DNA from: Eledone cirrhosa
Taxonomy: Eukaryota
Assembly: GCA_964016885.1 (NCBI GenBank)
Contig: OZ024741.1
Coordinates: 9,362,001 to 9,426,000 of the forward strand
DNA length: 64,000 bases
Direction of reading: 5' to 3'
Made by a program: the position numbers and the translations under genes. The notes beneath the pieces are model-generated. The model did not search any database. It was not told the DNA's origin and saw only the letters and a program-made list of their open reading frames with translations. Positions 1-12,700 of the stretch are shown piece after piece. Positions within the stretch are counted from its first letter, which is position 1, and every line of letters starts with the position of its first letter.

Positions 1-626
1 TAACAGTTTTGAAACTAAAGGTACCACAGTGTTGAAACTAAAGGTACCACAGTGTTGAAACTAAAGGTACCACAGTGTTGTAACTAAAGATACCACAATG
101 TTGTAACTAAATGTACCACAGTGTTGAAACTAAAGGTATCAGAATGTTGAAACTAAAGGTACCACAGTGTGAAAATAAAGGTACCACAATGTTGTAACTA
201 AAGGTACCACAGTGTTGTAACTAAAGGTACCACAGTGTTGAAACTAAAGGTATCAGAATGTTGTAACTAAAGTTACCACACTGTTGAAACTAAAGGTAGC
301 ATAGTGATGTAACTAAAGGTACCATAGTGTTGAAACGAAACGTACCACAATGTTGAAACTGAAGATACCACAGTGTTGTAACTAATGGTACGACAGTGTT
401 GTAACTAAAGGTACCACAGTGTTGAAACTAACGATACCACAGTGTTGAAACTAAAGGAACCACAGTGTTGAAACTAAAAGTACTACAGTGTGGAAACTAA
501 AGGAACTACAGTATTGAAACTAAAGATGCCAAAGTGTTGAAACTAAAGATATCAGAGTGTTGGAACTAAAGGTATAACAGTTTTGAAACTGAAGGTACCA
601 CAGTGTTGAAACTAAAGGTACCACAT

Positions 627-3600
627 TGTTGAAACTAAAGGTACCACAGTGTTGAAACTAAAATTATCACAATGTTGAAACTAAATGTACCATAGTGATG
701 TAACTAAAGGTACCATAGTGTTGAAACGAAAGGTACCACAGTGTTGAAACTGACCGTACCACAGTGTTGAAACTAAAGGAACCACAGTGTTGAAACTAAA
801 AGTACTACAGTGTGGAAAGTAAAGGAACTACAGTATTGAAACTAAAGGTGCCACAGTGTTGAAACTAAAGATATCAGAGTGTTGAAACTAAAGGTATAAC
901 AGTTTTGAAACTGAAGGTTCCACAGTGTTGAAACTAAAGATACCACTATGTTGTAACTAAATGTACCACAGTGTTGAAAGTAAAGGTATCAGAATGTTGA
1001 AACTAAAGGTACCACTGTGTTGCAAATAAAGGTATCAGAAGTTTGTAACTAAAGTTACCACACTGTTGAAACTAAAGGTACCACAGTGTTGAAAATAAAG
1101 ATAGCACAGTGTTGAAACTAAAGGTACCACAGTGTTGAAACTAAAGGTATCAGAAGTTTGTAACTAAATGTACCACAGTGTTGAAACTAAAGATACCACA
1201 ATGTTGTAACTAAATGTACCACAGTGTTGAAACTAAATGTATCAGAATGTTGAAACTAAAGGTACCACAGTGTTGAAAATAAAGGTACCACAATGTTGTA
1301 ACTAAATGTACCACAGTGTTGTAAATAAAGGTACTACAGTGTTGAAACTAAATGTACCACAGTGTTGTAACTAAAGGTACCACAGTGTTGAAACTAAAGG
1401 TATCAGAATGTTGTAACTAAAGATACCACAATGTTGAAACTAAAGGTAGCATAGTGATGTAACTAAAGGTACCATAGTGTTGAAACGAAACGTACCACAG
1501 TGTTGAAACTGAAGGTACCACAGTGTTGTAACTAAAGGTACGACAGTGTTGTAACTAAAGGTACCACAGTGTTGAAACTAAAGATACCACAGTGTTGAAA
1601 CTAAAGGTACCACAGTGTTGAAACTAAAAGTACCACAGTGTGGAAACTAAACGAACCACAGTATTGAAACTAAAGGTGCCACAGTGTTGAATCTAAAGAT
1701 ATCAGAGTGTTGAAACTAAAGGTATAACAGTTTTGAAACTAAAGGTACCATAGTGTTGCAACGAAAGGTACCACAGTGTTGAAACTGAAGGTACCACAGT
1801 GTTGTAACTATAGGTACCACAGTGTTGAAACTAAAGATACCACAATGTTGTAACTAAATGTACCACAGTTTTGAAACTAAAGGTATCAGAATGTTGTAAC
1901 CAAAGGTACCACTGTGTTGAAACTAAAGGTATCAGAAGTTTGTAACTAAGGTTACCATAATGTTGTAACTAAGGGTACCACAGTGTTGAAACTAAAGGTA
2001 CCACAGTGTTGTAACTAAATGTGCCACAGTGCTGAAACTAAAGGTAGCACAGTGTTGAAATTTAAGGTACCACATTGTTGAAACTAAATGTGCCACAGTG
2101 TTGAAACTAAAGATATCAGAGTGTTGAAACGAAAGGTATAACAGTTTTGAAACTAAAGGTACCATAGTGTTGAAGCTAAAGGTACCACAGTGTTGAAACT
2201 AAAGATACCACAGTGTTGAAACTAAAGGAACCACAGCGTTGAAACTAAAGGTACCACAGTGTTGTAACTAAAGGTACCACAGTGTTGAAACTAAAGATAC
2301 CACAATGTTATAACTAAATGTACCACAGTGTTGAAACTAAAGGTATCAGAATGTTGAAACAAAAGGTACCACAGTGTGAAAATAAAGGTACCACAATGTT
2401 GTAACTAAAGGTACCACAGTGTTGTAACTAAAGGTACCACAGTGTTGAAACTAAAGGTATCAGAATGTTGTAACTAAAGTTACCACATTGTTGAAACTAA
2501 AGGTAGCATAGTGATGTAACTAAAGGTACCATAGTGTTGAAACGAAACGTACCACAGTGTTGAAACTGAAGATACCACAGTGTTGTAACTAAAGGTACGA
2601 CAGTGTTGTAACTAAAGGTACCACAGTGTTGAAACTAAAGATACCACAGTGTTGAAACTAAAGGAACCACAGTGTTGAAACTAAAAGTACTACAGTGTGG
2701 AAACTAAAGGAACTACAGTATTGAAACTAAAGGTGTCACAGTGTTGAAACTAAAGATATCAGAGTGTTGAAACTAAAGGTATAACAGTTTTGAAACTAAA
2801 GGTACCACAGTGTTGAAACTAAAGGTACCACAGTGTTGAAACTAAAGGTACCACAGTGTTGAAACTAAAATTATCACAATGTTGAAACTAAAGGTACCAT
2901 AGTGATGTAACTACAGGTACCATAGTGTTGAAACGAAAGGTACCACAGTGTTGAAACTGAAGGTACCACAGTGTTGAAACTAAAGGAACCACAGTGTTGA
3001 AACTAAAAGTACTACAGTGTGGAAACTAAAGGAACTACAGTATTGAAACTAAAGGTGTCACAGTGTTGAAACTAAAGATATCAGAGTGTTGAAACTAAAG
3101 GTATAACAGTTTTGAAACTAAAGGTACCACAGTGTTGAAACTAAAGGTACCACAGTGTTGAAACTAAAGGTAACACAGTGTTGAAACTAAAATTGTCACA
3201 ATGTTGAAACTAAAGGTACCATAGTGATGTAACTAAAGGTACCATAGTGTTGAAACGAAAGGTACCACAGTGTTGAAACTGAAGGTACCACAGTGTTGTA
3301 ACTAAAGGTACCACAGTGTTGAAACTAAAGATACCACCATGTTGTAACTAAATGTACCACAGTGTTGAAGTTTAAGGTATCAGAATGTTGAAACTAAAGG
3401 TATCACAGTGTTGAAAATAAAGATACCACAAGGTTGTAATTAAAGGTACCACTGTGTTGCAACAAAATGTATCAGAAGATTGTAACTAAAGTTACCACAC
3501 TGTTGAAACTAAAGGTACCACAGTGTTGAAAATAAAGATAGCACAGTGTTGAAACTAAAGGTACCACAGTGTTGAAAATAAAGGTACCACAAGGTTGTAA

Positions 3601-6600
3601 TTAAAGGTACCACTGTGTTGAAACTAAAGGTATCAGAAGTTTGTAACTAAATGTACCACAGTGTTGAAACTAAAGATACCACAATGTTGTAACTAAATGT
3701 ACCACAGTGTTGAAACTAAATGTATCAGAATGTTGAAACTAAAGGTACCACAGTGTTGAAACTAAAGGTAGCATAGTGATGTAACTAAAGGTACCATAGT
3801 GTTTAAACGAAAAGTACCACAGTGTTGAAACTGAAGGTACCACAGTGTTGTAACTAAATGTACGACAGTGTTGTAACTAAAGGTACCACAGTGTTGAAAC
3901 TAAAGATACAACAGTGTTGAAACTAAAGGAACCACAGTGTTGAAACTAAAAGTACCACAGTGTGGAAACTAAAGGAACCACAGTATTGAAACTAAAGGTG
4001 CCACAGTGTTGAAACTAAAGATATCAGTGTGTTGAAACGAAAGGTACCACAGTGTTGAAACTGAAGGTACCACAGTGTTGTAACTATAGGTACCACAGTG
4101 TTGAAACTAAAGATACCACAATGTTGTAACTAAATGTACCACAGTTTTGAAACTAAAGGTATCAGAATGTTGAAACTAATTGTACGACAGTGTTGAAACT
4201 AAATGTACCACAGTGTTGTAACTAAAGGTACCAATGTGTTGAAACTAAAGGTATCAGAAGTTTGTAACTAAGGTTACCACAATGTTGTAACTAAATGTAC
4301 CACAGTGTTGTAATTAAATGTGCCACAGTGCTGAAACTAAAGATATCAGAGTGTTGAAACTAAAGGTATAATAGTTTTGAAACTAAAGGTACCACAGTGT
4401 TGAAACTAAAGGTACCACAGTGTTGAAACTAAAGGTACCACTGTGTTGAAACTAAAGGTAGCACAGTGTTGAAACTGAAGGTACCACAGTGTTGTAACTA
4501 AAGGTACCACAGTGTTGTAACTAAAGGTACCACAGTTTTTAAACTAAAGATACCACAGTGTTGAAACTAAAGGAACCACAGCGTTGAAACTAAAGGTACC
4601 ACAGTGTTGTAATTAAAGGTACCACAGTGTTGAAACTAAAGATACCACAATGTTGTAATTAAAGGTACCACAGTGTTGTAACTAAAGGTACCACAGTGTT
4701 GAAAATAAAGGTATCAGAATGTTGTAACTAAAGTTACCACAATGTTGAAACTAAAGGTAGCATAGTGATGTAACTAAAGGTACCATAGTGTTGAAACGAA
4801 ACGTACCACAGTGTTGAAACTGAAGATACCACAGTGTTGTAACTAAATGTACGACAGTGTCGTAACTAAAGGTACCACAGTGTTGAAAGTAAAGATACCA
4901 CAGTGTTGAAACTAAAGGAACGACAGTGCTGAAACTAAAAGTACTACAGTGTGGAAACTAAAGGAACTACAGTATTGAAACTAAAGGTGCCACAGTGTTG
5001 AAACTAAAGATATCAGAGTGTTGAAACTAAAGGTATAACAGTTTTGAAACTAAAGGTACCACAGTGTTGAAACTAAAGGTACCATAGTGTTGAAACTAAA
5101 GGTACCACAGTGTGAAGATAAAGGTACCACAATGTTGTAACTAAAGGTACGACAGTGTTGTAACTAAAGGTACCACAGTGTTGAAACTAAAGGTACCACA
5201 GTGTTGAAACTAAAATTATCACAATGTTGAAACTAAATGTACCATAGTGATGTAACTAAAGGTACCATAGTGTTGAAACGAAAGGTACCACAGTGTTGAA
5301 ACTGACCGTACCACAGTGTTGAAACTAAAGGAACCACAGTGTTGAAACTAAAAGTACTACAGTGTGGAAAGTAAAGGAACTACAGTATTGAAACTAAAGG
5401 TGCCACAGTGTTGAAACTAAAGATATCAGAGTGTTGAAACTAAAGGTATAACAGTTTTGAAACTGAAGGTTCCACAGTGTTGAAACTAAAGATACCACTA
5501 TGTTGTAACTAAATGTACCACAGTGTTGAAAGTAAAGGTATCAGAATGTTGAAACTAAAGGTACCACTGTGTTGCAAATAAAGGTATCAGAAGTTTGTAA
5601 CTAAAGTTACCACACTGTTGAAACTAAAGGTACCACAGTGTTGAAAATAAAGATAGCACAGTGTTGAAACTAAAGGTACCACAGTGTTGAAACTAAAGGT
5701 ATCAGAAGTTTGTAACTAAATGTACCACAGTGTTGAAACTAAAGATACCACAATGTTGTAACTAAATGTACCACAGTGTTGAAACTAAATGTATCAGAAT
5801 GTTGAAACTAAAGGTACCACAGTGTTGAAAATAAAGGTACCACAATGTTGTAACTAAATGTACCACAGTGTTGTAAATAAAGGTACTACAGTGTTGAAAC
5901 TAAATGTACCACAGTGTTGTAACTAAAGGTACCACAGTGTTGAAACTAAAGGTATCAGAATGTTGTAACTAAAGATACCACAATGTTGAAACTAAAGGTA
6001 GCATAGTGATGTAACTAAAGGTACCATAGTGTTGAAACGAAACGTACCACAGTGTTGAAACTGAAGGTACCACAGTGTTGTAACTAAAGGTACGACAGTG
6101 TTGTAACTAAAGGTACCACAGTGTTGAAACTAAAGATACCACAGTGTTGAAACTAAAGGTACCACAGTGTTGAAACTAAAAGTACCACAGTGTGGAAACT
6201 AAACGAACCACAGTATTGAAACTAAAGGTGCCACAGTGTTGAATCTAAAGATATCAGAGTGTTGAAACTAAAGGTATAACAGTTTTGAAACTAAAGGTAC
6301 CATAGTGTTGCAACGAAAGGTACCACAGTGTTGAAACTGAAGGTACCACAGTGTTGTAACTATAGGTACCACAGTGTTGAAACTAAAGATACCACAATGT
6401 TGTAACTAAATGTACCACAGTTTTGAAACTAAAGGTATCAGAATGTTGTAACCAAAGGTACCACTGTGTTGAAACTAAAGGTATCAGAAGTTTGTAACTA
6501 AGGTTACCATAATGTTGTAACTAAGGGTACCACAGTGTTGAAACTAAAGGTACCACAGTGTTGTAACTAAATGTGCCACAGTGCTGAAACTAAAGGTAGC

Positions 6601-9600
6601 ACAGTGTTGAAATTTAAGGTACCACATTGTTGAAACTAAATGTGCCACAGTGTTGAAACTAAAGATATCAGAGTGTTGAAACGAAAGGTATAACAGTTTT
6701 GAAACTAAAGGTACCATAGTGTTGAAGCTAAAGGTACCACAGTGTTGAAACTAAAGATACCACAGTGTTGAAACTAAAGGAACCACAGCGTTGAAACTAA
6801 AGGTACCACAGTGTTGTAACTAAAGGTACCACAGTGTTGAAACTAAAGATACCACAATGTTATAACTAAATGTACCACAGTGTTGAAACTAAAGGTATCA
6901 GAATGTTGAAACAAAAGGTACCACAGTGTGAAAATAAAGGTACCACAATGTTGTAACTAAAGGTACCACAGTGTTGTAACTAAAGGTACCACAGTGTTGA
7001 AACTAAAGGTATCAGAATGTTGTAACTAAAGTTACCACATTGTTGAAACTAAAGGTAGCATAGTGATGTAACTAAAGGTACCATAGTGTTGAAACGAAAC
7101 GTACCACAGTGTTGAAACTGAAGATACCACAGTGTTGTAACTAAAGGTACGACAGTGTTGTAACTAAAGGTACCACAGTGTTGAAACTAAAGATACCACA
7201 GTGTTGAAACTAAAGGAACCACAGTGTTGAAACTAAAAGTACTACAGTGTGGAAACTAAAGGAACTACAGTATTGAAACTAAAGGTGTCACAGTGTTGAA
7301 ACTAAAGATATCAGAGTGTTGAAACTAAAGGTATAACAGTTTTGAAACTAAAGGTACCACAGTGTTGAAACTAAAGGTACCACAGTGTTGAAACTAAAGG
7401 TACCACAGTGTTGAAACTAAAATTATCACAATGTTGAAACTAAAGGTACCATAGTGATGTAACTACAGGTACCATAGTGTTGAAACGAAAGGTACCACAG
7501 TGTTGAAACTGAAGGTACCACAGTGTTGAAACTAAAGGAACCACAGTGTTGAAACTAAAAGTACTACAGTGTGGAAACTAAAGGAACTACAGTATTGAAA
7601 CTAAAGGTGTCACAGTGTTGAAACTAAAGATATCAGAGTGTTGAAACTAAAGGTATAACAGTTTTGAAACTAAAGGTACCACAGTGTTGAAACTAAAGGT
7701 ACCACAGTGTTGAAACTAAAGGTAACACAGTGTTGAAACTAAAATTGTCACAATGTTGAAACTAAAGGTACCATAGTGATGTAACTAAAGGTACCATAGT
7801 GTTGAAACGAAAGGTACCACAGTGTTGAAACTGAAGGTACCACAGTGTTGTAACTAAAGGTACCACAGTGTTGAAACTAAAGATACCACCATGTTGTAAC
7901 TAAATGTACCACAGTGTTGAAGTTTAAGGTATCAGAATGTTGAAACTAAAGGTATCACAGTGTTGAAAATAAAGATACCACAAGGTTGTAATTAAAGGTA
8001 CCACTGTGTTGCAACAAAATGTATCAGAAGATTGTAACTAAAGTTACCACACTGTTGAAACTAAAGGTACCACAGTGTTGAAAATAAAGATAGCACAGTG
8101 TTGAAACTAAAGGTACCACAGTGTTGAAAATAAAGGTACCACAAGGTTGTAATTAAAGGTACCACTGTGTTGAAACTAAAGGTATCAGAAGTTTGTAACT
8201 AAATGTACCACAGTGTTGAAACTAAAGATACCACAATGTTGTAACTAAATGTACCACAGTGTTGAAACTAAATGTATCAGAATGTTGAAACTAAAGGTAC
8301 CACAGTGTTGAAACTAAAGGTAGCATAGTGATGTAACTAAAGGTACCATAGTGTTTAAACGAAAAGTACCACAGTGTTGAAACTGAAGGTACCACAGTGT
8401 TGTAACTAAATGTACGACAGTGTTGTAACTAAAGGTACCACAGTGTTGAAACTAAAGATACAACAGTGTTGAAACTAAAGGAACCACAGTGTTGAAACTA
8501 AAAGTACCACAGTGTGGAAACTAAAGGAACCACAGTATTGAAACTAAAGGTGCCACAGTGTTGAAACTAAAGATATCAGTGTGTTGAAACGAAAGGTACC
8601 ACAGTGTTGAAACTGAAGGTACCACAGTGTTGTAACTATAGGTACCACAGTGTTGAAACTAAAGATACCACAATGTTGTAACTAAATGTACCACAGTTTT
8701 GAAACTAAAGGTATCAGAATGTTGAAACTAATTGTACGACAGTGTTGAAACTAAATGTACCACAGTGTTGTAACTAAAGGTACCAATGTGTTGAAACTAA
8801 AGGTATCAGAAGTTTGTAACTAAGGTTACCACAATGTTGTAACTAAATGTACCACAGTGTTGTAATTAAATGTGCCACAGTGCTGAAACTAAAGATATCA
8901 GAGTGTTGAAACTAAAGGTATAATAGTTTTGAAACTAAAGGTACCACAGTGTTGAAACTAAAGGTACCACAGTGTTGAAACTAAAGGTACCACTGTGTTG
9001 AAACTAAAGGTAGCACAGTGTTGAAACTGAAGGTACCACAGTGTTGTAACTAAAGGTACCACAGTGTTGTAACTAAAGGTACCACAGTTTTTAAACTAAA
9101 GATACCACAGTGTTGAAACTAAAGGAACCACAGCGTTGAAACTAAAGGTACCACAGTGTTGTAATTAAAGGTACCACAGTGTTGAAACTAAAGATACCAC
9201 AATGTTGTAATTAAAGGTACCACAGTGTTGTAACTAAAGGTACCACAGTGTTGAAAATAAAGGTATCAGAATGTTGTAACTAAAGTTACCACAATGTTGA
9301 AACTAAAGGTAGCATAGTGATGTAACTAAAGGTACCATAGTGTTGAAACGAAACGTACCACAGTGTTGAAACTGAAGATACCACAGTGTTGTAACTAAAT
9401 GTACGACAGTGTCGTAACTAAAGGTACCACAGTGTTGAAAGTAAAGATACCACAGTGTTGAAACTAAAGGAACGACAGTGCTGAAACTAAAAGTACTACA
9501 GTGTGGAAACTAAAGGAACTACAGTATTGAAACTAAAGGTGCCACAGTGTTGAAACTAAAGATATCAGAGTGTTGAAACTAAAGGTATAACAGTTTTGAA

Positions 9601-9745
9601 ACTAAAGGTACCACAGTGTTGAAACTAAAGGTACCATAGTGTTGAAACTAAAGGTACCACAGTGTGAAGATAAAGGTACCACAATGTTGTAACTAAAGGT
9701 ACGACAGTGTTGTAACTAAAGGTACCACAGTGTTGAAACTAAAGG
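627..9745 (+). repeat. Tandem duplication, period 4552 bp (198 monomers, two of them 22-bp), 2 copies
   Basis: Rare markers recur at exactly +4552: TGACCGTACC 751/5303, AAATTATCAC 661/5213, TGAAGCTAAA 2171/6723. Identity breaks at 626/5178 and 5194/9746. 4552 = 198x23-2. Confidence 0.93.
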
Positions 9746-12700
9746 AACCACAGTGTTGAATCTAAAAGTACTACAGTGTGGAAACTAAAGGAACTACAGT
9801 ATTGAAACTAAAGGTGCCACAGTGTTGAAACTAAAGATATCAGAGTGTTGAAACTAAAGGTATAACAGTTTTGAAACTAAAGGTACCACAGTGTTGAAAC
9901 TAAAGATACCACAGTGTTGAAACTAAAGGTACCACAGTGTTGAAACTAAAATTATCACAATGTTGAAACTAAAGGTACCATAGTGATGTAACTAAAGGTA
10001 CCATAGTGTTGAAACGAAAGGTACCACAGTGTTGAAACTGAAGGTACCACAGTGTTGTAACTAAAGGTACCACAGTGTTGAAACTAAAGATACCACCATG
10101 TTGTAACTAAATGTACCACAGTGTTGGAGTTTAAGGTATCAGAATGTTGAAACTAAAGGTACCACAGTGTTGAAAATAAAGGTACCACAAGGTTGTAATT
10201 AAAGGTACCACTGTGTTGCAACAAAATGTATCAGAAGATTGTAACTAAAGTTACCACACTGTTGAAACTAAAGGTACCACAGTGTTGAAAATAAAGATAG
10301 CACAGTGTTGAAACTAAAGGTACCACAGTGTTGAAAATAAAGGTACCACAAGGTTGTAATTAAAGGTACCACTGTGTTGAAACTAAAGGTATCAGAAGTT
10401 TGTAACTAAATGTACCACAGTGTTGAAACTAAAGATACCACAATGTTGTAACTAAATGTACCACAGTGTTGAAACTAAATGTATCAGAATGTTGAAACTA
10501 AAGGTACTACAGTGTTGAAACTAAAGGTAGCATAGTGATGTAACTAAAGGTACCATAGTGTTGAAACGAAACGTACCACAGTGTTGAAACTGAAGGTACC
10601 ACAGTGTTGTAACTAAATGTACGACAGTGTTGTAACTAAAGGTACCACAGTGTTGAAACTAAAGATACAACAGTGTTGAAACTAAAGGAACCACAGTGTT
10701 GAAACTAAAAGTACCACAGTGTGGAAACTAAAGGAACCACAGTATTGAAACTAAAGGTGCCACAGTGTTGAAACTAAAGATATCAGAGTGTTGAAACGAA
10801 AGGTACCACAGTGTTGAAACTGAAGGTACCACAGTGTTGTAACTATAGGTACCACAGTGTTGAAACTAAAGATACCACAATGTTGTAACTAAATGTACCA
10901 CAGTTTTGAAACTAAAGGTATCAGAATGTTGAAACTAATTGTACGACAGTGTTGAAACTAAATGTACCACAGTGTTGTAACTAAAGGTACCAATGTGTTG
11001 AAACTAAAGGTATCAGAAGTTAGTAATTAGGTTACCACAATGTTGTAACTAAAGGTACCACAGTGTTGTAATTAAATGTGCCACAGTGCTGCACCTAAAG
11101 ATATCAGAGTGTTGAAACTAAAGGTATAACAGTTTTGAAACTAAAGGTACCACAGTGTTGAAACTAAAGGTACCATAGTGTTGAAACTAAAGGTACCACA
11201 GTGTGAAGATAAAGGTACCACAATGTTGTAACTAAAGGTACCACAGTGTTGTAACTAAAGGTACCATAGTGTTGAAACTAAAGGTATCAGGATGTTGTAA
11301 CTAAAGTTACCACAATGTTGAAACTAAAGGTAGCATAGTGATGTAACTAAAGGTACCATAGTGTTGAAATGAAACGTACCACAGTGTTGAAACTGAAGAT
11401 ACCACAGTGTTGTAACTAAAGGTACGACAGTGTTGTAACTAAAGGTACCACAGTGTTGAAACTAAAGGAACCACAGTGTTGAAACTAAAGGTGCCACAGT
11501 GTTGAAACTAAAGATATCAGAGTGTTGAAACGAAAGGTACCACAGTGTTGAAACTGAAGGTACCACAGTGTTGTAACTATAGGTACCACAGTGTTGAAAC
11601 TAAAGTTACCACAATGTTGTAACTAAATGTACCACAGTTTTGAAACTAAAGGTATCAGAATGTTGAAACTAATTGTACGACAGTGTTGAAACTAAATGTA
11701 CCACAGTGTTGTAACTAAAGGTACCAATGTGTTGAAACTAAAGGTATCAGAAGTTTGTAACTAAGGTTACCACAATGTTGTAACTAAATGTACCACAGTG
11801 TTGTAATTAAATGTGCCACAGTGCTGAAACTAAAGATATCAGAGTGTTGAAACTAAAGGTATAATAGTTTTGAAACTAAAGGTACCACAGTGTTGAAACT
11901 AAAGGTACCACAGTGTTGAAACTAAAGGTACCACAGTGTTAAAACTAAAGGTAGCACAGTGTTGAAACTGAAGGTACCACAGTGTTGAAACTAAAGATAC
12001 CACAATGTTGTAATTAAAGGTACCACAGTGTTGTAACTAAAGGTACCACAGTGTTGAAAATAAAGGTATCAGAATGTTGTAACTAAAGTTACCACAATGT
12101 TGAAACTAAAGGTAGCATAGTGATGTAACTAAAGGTGCCATAGTGTTGAAACGAAACGCACCACAGTGTTGAAACTGAAGATACCACAGTGTTGTAACTA
12201 AATGTACGACAGTGTCGTAACTAAAGGTACCACAGTGTTGAAACTAAATATACCACAGTGTTGAAACTAAAGGAACGACAGTGTTGAAACTAAAAGTACT
12301 ACAGTGTGGAAACTAAAGGAACTACAGTATTGAAACTAAAGGTGCCACAGTGTTGAAACTAAAGATATCAGAGTGTTGAAACTAAAGGTATAACAGTTTT
12401 GAAACTAAAGGTACCACAGTGTTGAAACTAAAGGTACCATAGTGTTGAAACTAAAGGTACCACAATGTTGTAACTAAAGGTACCACAGTGTTGTAACTAA
12501 AGGTACCATAGTGTTGAAACTAAAGGTAACAGGATGTTGTAACTAAAGTTACCACAATGTTGAAACTAAAGGTAGCATAGTGATGTAACTAAAGGTACCA
12601 TAGTGTTGAAACGAAACGTACCACAGTGTTGAAACTGAAGATACCACAGTGTTGTAACTAAAGGTACGACAGTGTTGTAACTAAAGGTACCACAGTGTTG

